DNA of 53,855 bases. Origin: an uncultured Bacteroidota bacterium (lineage in GTDB: Bacteria; Bacteroidota; Bacteroidia; Chitinophagales; LD1). This document shows positions 28,593 to 37,774 of this stretch, piece after piece. Where the stretch lies: the NCBI GenBank assembly GCA_903917755.1, contig CAIXBT010000361.1, positions 1 through 53,855 of the forward strand, written 5' to 3'. Under the pieces are notes generated by a model, which saw nothing but the letters and a program-made list of their open reading frames with translations, made no database searches and was not told where the DNA came from. The stretch's first letter is position 1. Each line of letters opens with the position of its first letter. Position numbers and translations under genes: made by a program.

Positions 28593-29822
28593 ATGCCAAA
28601 CACACAAAAAACCGATGCTTTTGCTTCCCTCAGGATACCGGAATTCAGGGCATACCTATTCGCCCGGTCGCTGACCACGATCGCCCTGCTCATGCAGAGC
28701 ACCGTATTGGCATGGCATATCTATCAGATTACACACAATAAACTGGCACTTGGGCTTATCGGATTGAGTGAAGCGCTGCCATTTATTTTTACCACATTTT
28801 TCTCGGGGCTGGCAGCCGACAGGTATAACAGAAAGCGGATACTGCTCTTGTTCACTACATTTCTGATCGTTTGTTCAGCTACCTTATCTGTAGGGTCATG
28901 GCAGTTTGGGGCCAATACCAGTGTGTTTTGGTATTATATCGTGATCGGAATGATAGGTGTGTGCAGGTCTTTTGTCACACCGGCATCACAGGCCATTCAG
29001 TCACGTATCGTGCCGAGAGAACTGTATGCGAATAGTTCCACGTGGAGCAGCAATTCCTTTCAGGTCAGCGCCGTGGTAGGGCCTGTGGTAGCAGGACTTT
29101 TGCTGGAGGTTATCGCACCCGGATTCATTTATCTGATCTGTGCTGCATTCTTCAGTTTGTCTTTATATTTTACGACCAAGCTGGATGAACACTATCCTCC
29201 ACCTATGCAGGGCAAAGAACCTTTTGTTCGTTCATTCTTCGGCGGGATAAGATTTGTATTCGGGACGGAGGCCATCTTATCTTCCATCTCGCTGGATCTG
29301 TTTGCGGTTTTGTTTGGCGGTGTCACGGGACTTGTACCCGCTTTCTGTCAGGATATCCTTCATGTAGGACCTACACTGATGGGATTGCTGAAAGCATCTC
29401 TATTTCTTGGTTCTGCAGTGGCGGGTTTTATCCTTGCCCATCATCCACCCACTCGACATGCGGGCCGCAATCTGCTGATCTGTGTGGGAGGTTTTGGTTT
29501 ATGTATAATAGTTTTTGCTGTGTCACCTTTTTACTGGCTGAGCTTTTTGATGCTGTTTATGGCAGGAGCTTTTGACAATGTCAGTGTGATCATCAGAGGC
29601 ACGATCATTCAAATGTTCACACCTGATGAGATGCGCGGCAGAGTTGCAGCAGTCAATTCTATTTTTATCAAATCATCTAATGAAATAGGAGACTTCGAGT
29701 CGGGTCTGGCAGCTTCATATATGGGCCTTGAGTATGCGGTTATTTTCGGTGGTGTGATGACATTGCTGGTGGTAGGCGGTACTGCTTTGTTTGCACCCGC
29801 ATTGAGGAGGATGAAGCTCTAA
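28593..29822 (+). CDS. MFS transporter (MFS_3/EntS-like)
   Basis: 409-aa, about 12-TM protein with 'GLAADRYNRKRILL' (an MFS loop 2-3 motif). Confidence 0.8.
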   Translation: MPNTQKTDAFASLRIPEFRAYLFARSLTTIALLMQSTVLAWHIYQITHNKLALGLIGLSEALPFIFTTFFSGLAADRYNRKRILLLFTTFLIVCSATLSVGSWQFGANTSVFWYYIVIGMIGVCRSFVTPASQAIQSRIVPRELYANSSTWSSNSFQVSAVVGPVVAGLLLEVIAPGFIYLICAAFFSLSLYFTTKLDEHYPPPMQGKEPFVRSFFGGIRFVFGTEAILSSISLDLFAVLFGGVTGLVPAFCQDILHVGPTLMGLLKASLFLGSAVAGFILAHHPPTRHAGRNLLICVGGFGLCIIVFAVSPFYWLSFLMLFMAGAFDNVSVIIRGTIIQMFTPDEMRGRVAAVNSIFIKSSNEIGDFESGLAASYMGLEYAVIFGGVMTLLVVGGTALFAPALRRMKL

Positions 29823-30367
29823 ACTAATTCGATCACCTGATATATCTCTTTCAGATTTCGACCTAAACCATCATAGTCCAGACCATAGCCCACTATAAAT
29901 TCATTTGGTATCTCAATGCCTGTATAGTCTATGGTGATGTCGGTCTTGAGGGCCTTAGGCTTGAAGAGTAGTGTGGCCACGCGCACTGATGCAGGCTTCA
30001 GATCCCGAATAGAAGGGATGATCTTAGCCAGCGTATGACCTGTGTCTATGATATCTTCGAGAATGATAACATCCCGACCACTGATATCTTCATTGATGCC
30101 GATCAGAGCGGTGAGCTGACCTGTAGATTCAGTTCCTTTGTATGATGATGCCTTGATGAATGTGATCTGACACTGACAGGTGAGCTGTTTCATCAGGTCT
30201 GAGGCAAACATAAACGAGCCATTGAGAACGGGTACGATCAAAGGACACTTGCCATGAAAATCCTGATTGATCTTGTCTGCTATCTGCTTAATAGCTGCGA
30301 GGATCTGTTCTTCTGATATATATAGACGAAAGGATTTGTCTCCGAGGGTTACTGTTTGTGGCATCAA
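29819..30367 (-). CDS. hpt: hypoxanthine phosphoribosyltransferase
   Basis: 182-aa ORF with the PRPP-binding motif 'VIILEDIIDTGHTL' and 'FIVGYGLDYDG'. Confidence 0.9.
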   Translation of the reverse strand: MMPQTVTLGDKSFRLYISEEQILAAIKQIADKINQDFHGKCPLIVPVLNGSFMFASDLMKQLTCQCQITFIKASSYKGTESTGQLTALIGINEDISGRDVIILEDIIDTGHTLAKIIPSIRDLKPASVRVATLLFKPKALKTDITIDYTGIEIPNEFIVGYGLDYDGLGRNLKEIYQVIELV

Positions 30368-30476
30368 TATACTTTTGGTAAAAATGTACTTTTGGAGAGA
30401 GAGTACAAAATATTTCCCGCAGATTTCGCTGAGGACCGCAGAATTAGTTCAGAGCATATCTGCCAGATGCAGTGTA

Positions 30477-31136
30477 TTATTTCTTTATTCTGTCTTTAAA
30501 GACCTTTTCAAACTTCTCTACTTTAGGCCTGATCACTATCTGACAGTAGGGTTGTGAGCCATGCTGATTGTAATAGTCCTGATGGTAGTCTTCGGCCTTA
30601 TAGAATAGGGTGAAAGGCTTAAGCTCTGTGACGATCGGGTCGCTGAATACTTTGGCCTGTGTCAGTGCCGCTATGATGCTTTCCGCAGCCTTTTTTTGTT
30701 CCTCATTGCGATAGTATATACCCGAGCGATACTGTGTACCTGCATCATTGCCCTGCTGATTGAGCGTGGTAGGGTCATGCACGGTGAAGAATACTTTGAA
30801 TATCTCATCGAGAGATGTTTGTGTGCGGTCGTAGGTCACCTGCACACACTCTGCATGGCCCGAAGTGCCAGTGCATACATCGCGATAGGAGGGGTTTTTC
30901 ATCGTGCCGGCAGTGAATCCTGACTCTACGCTTACCACGCCCTCCAGCCGCTGATAGATAGCCTCTATACACCAGTAGCAGCCTCCGGCCAGAGTGATAG
31001 TATCCAGATTTGCTGTATTCATTGTTTTATCTGTTTTGATATTTGATTTTGGAGAATCGTTTTTTTGTCCGCAGCTCTGAAAAGATAGCGTGAGTGACAG
31101 AAAGATCAAGGAGAAAAATTTAGTGTAGCTGTTCAT
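30477..31136 (-). CDS. msrA: peptide-methionine (S)-S-oxide reductase with lipoprotein signal
   Basis: 'LAGGCYWCIEAIYQRLEGVVSVESGFTAG' and 'GNDAGTQYRSGIYY'. The N-terminal signal ends in 'SFQSC'. Confidence 0.9.
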   Translation of the reverse strand: MNSYTKFFSLIFLSLTLSFQSCGQKNDSPKSNIKTDKTMNTANLDTITLAGGCYWCIEAIYQRLEGVVSVESGFTAGTMKNPSYRDVCTGTSGHAECVQVTYDRTQTSLDEIFKVFFTVHDPTTLNQQGNDAGTQYRSGIYYRNEEQKKAAESIIAALTQAKVFSDPIVTELKPFTLFYKAEDYHQDYYNQHGSQPYCQIVIRPKVEKFEKVFKDRIKK

Positions 31137-31175
31137 ATTGTCTTTTAAACAATAGACGGATGGAAAGGTTTAAAC

Positions 31176-32408
31176 TTACAATGTCACGATCAGTGTCTGG
31201 CCTATCTTCAGGTCTTCATCTATCAGACCATTGATCCTCTTGAGGGTGTCGAGAGGTATATTGTATTGTTTGGAAATGGAATAGAGCGTTTCGCAAGTGC
31301 TCACCTTATGCATTTTCAGATCAGGGAGCGGAGTTGTTTCGGCAGATGTTTTGCTGGGATATATTTTTCCGGTGACGCGAAATTTCAGGGGAAATTCCCT
31401 TTTTCCACGTAGAACAATTATTTCTCCTGCTACCGGCTCACAGCCGCCTATGATCCCATTTCGAATGATAAGCTCCGATAGCTTGATCCCGAATTTCTGA
31501 GAGATATCGCGCATGGTCTCACCGTCCGAGACTTCATATTGATAGTATTGAGACTCTTGTTTTTTGCTTTCGACATAGATCAGTTCGTTGTCTTTGAATT
31601 TCTCATTCGGCAGCATATCGTTAAATGAATATAACTGCTGAACGGTCACGTTATATTTCTGCGCAATGAATGCTATGGGCACTTCTTTTTTGTACACGAG
31701 AGCTTTGGTGCCGTTTATAATTTTTTCTTCTGCAGTATATTTCGAAAAATCAAGACATCTGTCTACAGGCGTACTTGTTTTTATTTCAGATACAGGAACC
31801 GATACTTTGGTAGTGGCCGCCTGAGATTGGATCAATGACTGTTTGATCATTTGTATCTCGGCATTGTCTTTAGGCTCGACCTTAGCTACGATAACTGTCT
31901 GTCCGACCAGTTTGTCATATTGACTCAGGTTGTAATCTTCTATGAGTTTTATGATGATCTCCGGATATTTAGGATTAGTGGCATAGCCGGCAGCTTTCAG
32001 CCCTCTGGCCCATGCTCTATAGTCGCCACGCTCCAATGTGAAGAGTGTAGAATAACGTGACCTTGTTTTCAGAAATTCAGAGTGATCCCTGAATGATTCT
32101 TCCGGACAGTTATATACACGGAAACACTCCTGCGGCTGATCGTCATCGTGGTGATATGTCTGTCCGCACCATTCTTCATGGCATTTGATCCCGAAATGAT
32201 TGTTTGAATTCAATGCCAGTTTGGAATAGCCGCATCCTGACTCGTGTATGCCCTGTGCGAGCGTGACGCTGGCAGGTATGCCATATGCTTTCATTTCTTC
32301 GATGGCAATAGCCTTATATCGCTCCACATAGGCAGAGACAGCCTGAGGCGACTGCGCCTGAGTGGCAGAAATAAACAGAGCCAATAATGCTGAAAACAAT
32401 AAACGCAT
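31176..32408 (-). CDS. glucosaminidase-domain peptidoglycan hydrolase with LysM repeats
   Basis: Signal peptide, 'YGIPASVTLAQGIHESGCGYSKLALNSNNHFGIKC' (PF01832-like), and three LysM-like C-terminal repeats ('HKVSTCETLYSISKQYNIPLDTLKRINGL'). Confidence 0.8.
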   Translation of the reverse strand: MRLLFSALLALFISATQAQSPQAVSAYVERYKAIAIEEMKAYGIPASVTLAQGIHESGCGYSKLALNSNNHFGIKCHEEWCGQTYHHDDDQPQECFRVYNCPEESFRDHSEFLKTRSRYSTLFTLERGDYRAWARGLKAAGYATNPKYPEIIIKLIEDYNLSQYDKLVGQTVIVAKVEPKDNAEIQMIKQSLIQSQAATTKVSVPVSEIKTSTPVDRCLDFSKYTAEEKIINGTKALVYKKEVPIAFIAQKYNVTVQQLYSFNDMLPNEKFKDNELIYVESKKQESQYYQYEVSDGETMRDISQKFGIKLSELIIRNGIIGGCEPVAGEIIVLRGKREFPLKFRVTGKIYPSKTSAETTPLPDLKMHKVSTCETLYSISKQYNIPLDTLKRINGLIDEDLKIGQTLIVTL

Positions 32409-32532
32409 ATTATGATAGAAATTCTCAAGATAAAAGTAGGATATGTGCCTCTTTAATAAAACGTTGCTTTCTGACTAAAAAGTGTGTTTTATCTACTACA
32501 TAGGACAATCCCGGGTATGCACAGGCATGAAT

Positions 32533-33168
32533 TTATAACTTTCTGGCGAGATTTATTCCATCGCGTATCGGAATAATGACATTTTGGATACGTGGGTCAT
32601 TAGCTAATTTTCTATTGAACTGATGTATGTTCTCTGTTTCTTTGTCCTTTTTTTCTTCCAGCACTTTGCCGCTCCACAATACATTGTCAGTGATGATATA
32701 GCCTCCCGCTTTGACCTTGTCAATGATAAGATCATAGTAGTTTATGTAATTCATTTTATCCGCATCAATGAATACAATGTCAAATTCTTCGTGGATAGTG
32801 GGGATGGTTTGAATGGCGTTGCCGGCTATGAATTTTATTTTGTGGTCCAGCTCAGCGCGAACGAAGTATTTGGCAAAGATCGATTCTAATTCTTCGTTGA
32901 TATCGAGTGTGTACATGATCCCATCTTCAGTCAGACCTTTGGCCAGACAGATGGTGGAGTAACCGGTGTATGTGCCGATCTCTAATATTCTGCGCGGGCT
33001 TATCATGCGGCTAAGATTCTCAAGAAATAAACCCTGTACATGACCACTGAGCATTTGCGGCATCTGTACTTTCAGAAATGTTTCTCTCGACAGATCAGCG
33101 AGAATAGGGTCTTCGGCAGACGCATTAGTCTCAAGGTATGTGTCGAGTGTAGCAGATGTGAATGCCAT
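32533..33168 (-). CDS. class I SAM-dependent O-methyltransferase (caffeoyl-CoA OMT-like)
   Basis: 211-aa ORF with 'ILEIGTYTGYSTICLA' and 'FDIVFIDADKMNYINYY'. Confidence 0.8.
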   Translation of the reverse strand: MAFTSATLDTYLETNASAEDPILADLSRETFLKVQMPQMLSGHVQGLFLENLSRMISPRRILEIGTYTGYSTICLAKGLTEDGIMYTLDINEELESIFAKYFVRAELDHKIKFIAGNAIQTIPTIHEEFDIVFIDADKMNYINYYDLIIDKVKAGGYIITDNVLWSGKVLEEKKDKETENIHQFNRKLANDPRIQNVIIPIRDGINLARKL

Positions 33169-33214
33169 AGTAAAGGATTTTAAAGAATGAATATATACAC
33201 GTGATCTCTGTATA

Positions 33215-33742
33215 TCAATAGATACCTTTTGATATCATGTTTTCGATGATGATCGGAAACCAAAAAGAATATTCCTCAGGGCAGGTTTTAAGATCATTGA
33301 GCAGATCATCTTTGCTTATCCATTTGATCCCGTTTATCTCATGCGTATTATATTCAAATGGTTCATCAAATGTGCCTGTGAAAACCCAGTCATATTCATG
33401 TTCTGTCAAACCGCTTTTTTCATCTTTAGCTTTATAGATGAAATAGAATTCTTTATTGAGAGCTGTCACAATACCTAATTCTTCTTTCAATCTTCTCTGC
33501 GCAGCGTCAGAAAACGTTTCACCGGCGCGAGGATGACTGCAGCATGTGTTGCTCCAGATACCTGCCCAGTGATATTTTGTGAAGGCTCTCTGCTGAATAA
33601 GCATTTCTCCTTTTGAATTAAAGATGATCACACTTATTGCCTTGTGGAGTACCCCCTTTTCATGAGCTTCGGTTTTGCCCATCAGACCCAGATCATTTCC
33701 TTCTTCGTTTACCAGTACTACTTGTTCTTCCGTTTGTGACAT
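33215..33742 (-). CDS. idi: isopentenyl-diphosphate delta-isomerase, type 1 (Nudix fold)
   Basis: 'HEKGVLHKAISVIIFNSKGEMLIQQRAFTKYHWAGIWSNTCCSHP' and the 'EEL' Nudix region. Confidence 0.8.
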   Translation of the reverse strand: MSQTEEQVVLVNEEGNDLGLMGKTEAHEKGVLHKAISVIIFNSKGEMLIQQRAFTKYHWAGIWSNTCCSHPRAGETFSDAAQRRLKEELGIVTALNKEFYFIYKAKDEKSGLTEHEYDWVFTGTFDEPFEYNTHEINGIKWISKDDLLNDLKTCPEEYSFWFPIIIENMISKGIY

Positions 33743-33748
33743 TTGCTT

Positions 33749-34264
33749 CTATTTGCGAAACCAATCAGCATACATGACGTAGTTATTGCCGATCCTTTCG
33801 ATCAGGTGTTTAAAATTCTTTTCATCCAGGTCTTTTATCTTTTTGGCAGGTACACCACCATAGATCGTATTTGATTCTACTATGGTGTTTTCGAGCACCA
33901 CAGATCCCGCAGCAATAATAGAGTTTTTCTTTATGACAGCATTGTCCATCACGATGGCTCCCATGCCTATCAGTACATTATCTTCTATGGTGCATCCGTG
34001 CACGATGGCTCGATGACCGATAGATACAAAATCTCCAATAGTGGTTGGTGATTTCTGATAGGTGCAGTGAATAATGGCTCCATCCTGTATGTTGACTTTA
34101 TTGCCGATACGGATGTAATGTACATCACCGCGTACTACAGCTGTGAACCATACACTGCAGTCATCACCCATTGTTACATCGCCAATCACGGTGGCGTTTT
34201 CTGCGAGATAACAGTTGTTGCCGAATGTAGGTGAGATGCCCTTCACAGGAAGTATTAATGCCAT
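33749..34264 (-). CDS. gamma-carbonic-anhydrase-family / hexapeptide-repeat protein (YrdA/PaaY-like)
   Basis: 171-aa left-handed beta-helix protein with 'VWFTAVVRGDVHYIRIGNKVNIQDGAIIH'. Confidence 0.8.
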   Translation of the reverse strand: MALILPVKGISPTFGNNCYLAENATVIGDVTMGDDCSVWFTAVVRGDVHYIRIGNKVNIQDGAIIHCTYQKSPTTIGDFVSIGHRAIVHGCTIEDNVLIGMGAIVMDNAVIKKNSIIAAGSVVLENTIVESNTIYGGVPAKKIKDLDEKNFKHLIERIGNNYVMYADWFRK

Positions 34265-34337
34265 TTCTTTTTATTGAGATATGGCCCAAAGGTGCAAAGA
34301 ATTCGAGAAATTTCGGTTTAAAAATTTGCTTAAGGAA

Positions 34338-35183
34338 TCAGCTGATCGGGCACAATTGTTCCGAGATACGCCATAGGTCTTTTTGCAATTGTTTGTCAGT
34401 AGCTAGTGGAGCGGGTTCTTTAGGCTTGCATTTATCAAAGTATTTTCCCGACACGCCTTTGACCTCATCTGATGAAGCGAGATATACAGATGTTTTTGCT
34501 CCTGCTTCCGCAGTCATGGCACCCAGTCGTGAGGCTAATGTCCAGAATAATGAGGCATACCATTTGGTACCTTTCGTGCCGATGTCAGTTCTCACGAAGC
34601 CCGGATGCAGACAGTTGACAGTGATCTGTGTATCTTTTAATCTGTCTGCCAATTCTGCCGTGAATAGCACATTGGCCAGTTTGCTTTGGCCATAGGCTGT
34701 GATAATGAAATATCCCTTGTCTTTTGTGAATGAATCGAAATCCAGTTTGCCATTATAATGAGAATCCGAGGCTACATTTATGATGCGGGCCGAGTCTGAT
34801 CTTTTGAGCAGATCGAGGAGAAGGTTTGTCAATAGAAAATAGGCGAAATGGTTTGTTGCAATGGTCATCTCCAGTCCATCCTCATTTAGTTTGAAAGCTG
34901 AAAATACACCTCCGGCATTATTGATCAGTACATCCAGTTTTTGATAATCCTTTTTGATGTTTTCTGCCAGTGTTCTGATGGATCTTTGCGAAGAAAAGTC
35001 TGCGATATAATACCTGATCTTCCTGTTGCCTGTTTTATTTATTATCGTTTGTGCGGCTTCTTTAAGCTTTTCTTCACTTCGAGCCACCAATATTAATTCC
35101 GCACCCATTGTGGCCAATGGCTCTGCTGTGGCGAGGCCAATGCCAGAGCTGCCACCCGTGATCAGTACTATTTTATCCTTCAT
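34338..35183 (-). CDS. short-chain dehydrogenase/reductase
   Basis: 'VLITGGSSGIGLA', 'NNAG' and 'YGQSK' (catalytic YxxxK). Confidence 0.85.
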   Translation of the reverse strand: MKDKIVLITGGSSGIGLATAEPLATMGAELILVARSEEKLKEAAQTIINKTGNRKIRYYIADFSSQRSIRTLAENIKKDYQKLDVLINNAGGVFSAFKLNEDGLEMTIATNHFAYFLLTNLLLDLLKRSDSARIINVASDSHYNGKLDFDSFTKDKGYFIITAYGQSKLANVLFTAELADRLKDTQITVNCLHPGFVRTDIGTKGTKWYASLFWTLASRLGAMTAEAGAKTSVYLASSDEVKGVSGKYFDKCKPKEPAPLATDKQLQKDLWRISEQLCPIS

Positions 35184-35186
35184 GTT

Positions 35187-36452
35187 TTATTCTATTTGTA
35201 TTTTTCTTGTTATGGGAAACACTGTATTATCCTTTAGGTTTACTTTCAGGATATATATTCCCGGGGTCAGTCCTTGCAGTGGTATAGATGCATTTTTACC
35301 ACTTAGGTTGAGTTGATCTACTTCTCTGCCGGTGTAGTCATATAGAGTAGCTGATGATAGTTCATTTCCGTCTTCGACAGCTATCCGGATATGATCTGAA
35401 GCGGGAATAGGATAGATATTCAATTGGGCATTTTCTGCTATGGTTTTAATGTCCAAAGGTTGATTGCAATGGCCGGCTGCCTGTACGCAATTCACTGAAT
35501 AAAAAAAGGCGGCAACAGCAGAATCCATTCTGTTTTCGATCACCACGTTTGTATCCCATGGTACATGACCTGAGCCCGGAAATGGCAGCAATGAATATCT
35601 TACTCCTACTGAATCTAATTTTGGCGCCATACCACCCGATCCGCAGAAGTTTATGGTAGGATAGAGACCGAGCGTATATTGTGTCAATGCTAATCCGCAT
35701 TCGTATGGAACGGTACCATCGGCTGTGCCCTGACACAAAACCATCGGTGGTGCTCCGGGTTTGATCCAGTCTATGGTATTGACCGCTCCGGCCAGACTTG
35801 CCACCCCGATCACTTTGGTGGAGTAGCCTGCATTGCCGCTATTGCCATCTATACCGCCATTGCTGGTGGCTATCGTTTGAAAGGCTGGTGCCAATTGACT
35901 CAAACTATCTAATGTAGCAGCAAAATCTACCGCAATGCCACCTGCAGAACTACCGCCTATGAAGATGGCATTGGTATCTATATTCCAGTGGTTGGTCAGC
36001 GATGCATCTTTGTAGAAATAACGAATAGCTGCTTTGAGATCTGAGTAAGCCTCATAGGCATATTTAAAGATCTGTGCAGAATCATACAGAGCGACAATCG
36101 ATGAGGCAAGCCGGTAGTTGATAGTGGCACATACATATCCTCTTCTGCCGAATCTTTCGCTCAGAAACTGCACATCACCGTCGTTTTTGGTGCCCTGAAA
36201 GAAAGCACCACCATGTAGCCAGATGATCAGGTGCCTCAGACAGGCAGTATCTCCTGTGGGTTGGTATATATCCATCAACTCAGTGGTCGAGCCTCCGGCA
36301 GTGGTAGTATAAACTATGTTTGAGAATGAGTCTACAGATAGAAAGATGGTGTCAAGGTATCTGTTAGAACATTGTGCTCTTGCAGTATGAAACAGGGAGA
36401 GTGTGAATAGTAAACAAAATGCAAAACCAAGCTTGTATAATTTTGATCGCAT
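35187..36452 (-). CDS. secreted alpha/beta-hydrolase (carboxylesterase) with T9SS C-terminal sorting domain
   Basis: Signal peptide, 'IIWLHGGAFFQG' oxyanion motif and 'GGSSAGG' nucleophile elbow. The C-terminal region 'LNIYPIPASDHIRI...GIYILKVNL' resembles a Por_Secre_tail domain. Confidence 0.7.
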   Translation of the reverse strand: MRSKLYKLGFAFCLLFTLSLFHTARAQCSNRYLDTIFLSVDSFSNIVYTTTAGGSTTELMDIYQPTGDTACLRHLIIWLHGGAFFQGTKNDGDVQFLSERFGRRGYVCATINYRLASSIVALYDSAQIFKYAYEAYSDLKAAIRYFYKDASLTNHWNIDTNAIFIGGSSAGGIAVDFAATLDSLSQLAPAFQTIATSNGGIDGNSGNAGYSTKVIGVASLAGAVNTIDWIKPGAPPMVLCQGTADGTVPYECGLALTQYTLGLYPTINFCGSGGMAPKLDSVGVRYSLLPFPGSGHVPWDTNVVIENRMDSAVAAFFYSVNCVQAAGHCNQPLDIKTIAENAQLNIYPIPASDHIRIAVEDGNELSSATLYDYTGREVDQLNLSGKNASIPLQGLTPGIYILKVNLKDNTVFPITRKIQIE

Positions 36453-36621
36453 GATGAAATGTTTTGTTGTTAGCTTTCCGAATGTAAAGATTTTATTTCT
36501 TTTAAATATATGGATAATGGCTCATTTTCGATGTTTAACAATTTCATAATGAGGATATTTACTTTATTCATTTAAATCCATAACTTTATTTGAATATTTT
36601 ATTAAAACCATATTACCAAAA

Positions 36622-37773
36622 ATGAAGAAAGTCTACTCGTTTCTTTTAGCGATTCTCCTTACGCTTAGTTCATTTGCACAATACAGTACCAATAGTTTTA
36701 CGTTCGGCGGTGTGACCAGACAATATCTATTGTATATCCCTACATCTTATGATGGAACCAAGAATGTGCCTTTTGTATTAGCACTGCATGGACTGGGTGA
36801 CAATATGAATAATTTTGCGGGAGTGAATTTTAATTCTGTAGCAGATACAGCAGATTTTATTTTTGCTATCCCTCAGGCTTTGGTAGATAATGTAGTAACA
36901 GGTTCTACAGCCTGGAATAGCGGTGCAGGCGCATTTGGAATTACACTGAATCCCAATGTGGATGATGTGGGTTTTCTCAATGCCCTTATCGATACTGTTT
37001 CCGCTCATTATATGATCGACTCAACGCGTCTGTACTCTACCGGATTTTCAATGGGAGGATTTATGACGAATAGATTAGGCTGCGAATTGAATAACAGGAT
37101 CGCTGCTATTGCTTCTGTATCCGGCACTATAGGCAGCGGTATCACTTGCAATCCAACCAGAGTAGTACCTTCCTGCCACTTTCATGGCACAGCAGATCAG
37201 ACAGTAGCCTATACAGGAGATATGTATGGTTCGGATGCAGAGGCTCTGGTCGCCTTTTGGCGTGGTCATGATCGCTGCGATACAGTGGCATCTTCTATCG
37301 ACACTTTGCCACACATCTCGAGCGATAGTCTTCATGTAGTACACTATGTATATCCTCATGGCGCTTACAATTCTGATGTAGAATTTTATAAAGTCCTCAA
37401 TGGCCAGCACCAGTGGCTCGGACCTACAGGAGAGGATATCAATTATGCAGTTGCGATCTGGAATTTTTTCAACAGATATCAGTGGGTGCCACAAACGCCT
37501 AGCAGTATAATAGCTGTAAGCTCTGATCTGGGAATCAGTGTTTATCCAAATCCTGCATCTTCATCTATATTTCTGAACGTTCCACGTGGAGCAAGTGATC
37601 TGAAAGAGATCGTGATAAGAGATATATCCGGCAGAGTTGTTTATTCTGATGTACCATCTAATGCAGGCAATGATATGAGCATAGATGTGAAAGCATTCGC
37701 CAGAGGAATGTATATGGTGCAGATCAGAATGAATGAGCAATGGGTAAACAAGAAAGTCTGTTTGACAGATTGA
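36622..37773 (+). CDS. secreted esterase (PHB-depolymerase/LpqC-like) with T9SS C-terminal sorting domain
   Basis: Signal peptide, 'FVLALHGLGD', 'GFSMGG' nucleophile elbow and 'HGTADQTV'. The C-terminal region 'ISVYPNPASSSIFLNV...GMYMVQI' is a CTD. Confidence 0.7.
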   Translation: MKKVYSFLLAILLTLSSFAQYSTNSFTFGGVTRQYLLYIPTSYDGTKNVPFVLALHGLGDNMNNFAGVNFNSVADTADFIFAIPQALVDNVVTGSTAWNSGAGAFGITLNPNVDDVGFLNALIDTVSAHYMIDSTRLYSTGFSMGGFMTNRLGCELNNRIAAIASVSGTIGSGITCNPTRVVPSCHFHGTADQTVAYTGDMYGSDAEALVAFWRGHDRCDTVASSIDTLPHISSDSLHVVHYVYPHGAYNSDVEFYKVLNGQHQWLGPTGEDINYAVAIWNFFNRYQWVPQTPSSIIAVSSDLGISVYPNPASSSIFLNVPRGASDLKEIVIRDISGRVVYSDVPSNAGNDMSIDVKAFARGMYMVQIRMNEQWVNKKVCLTD

Positions 37774-37774
37774 T

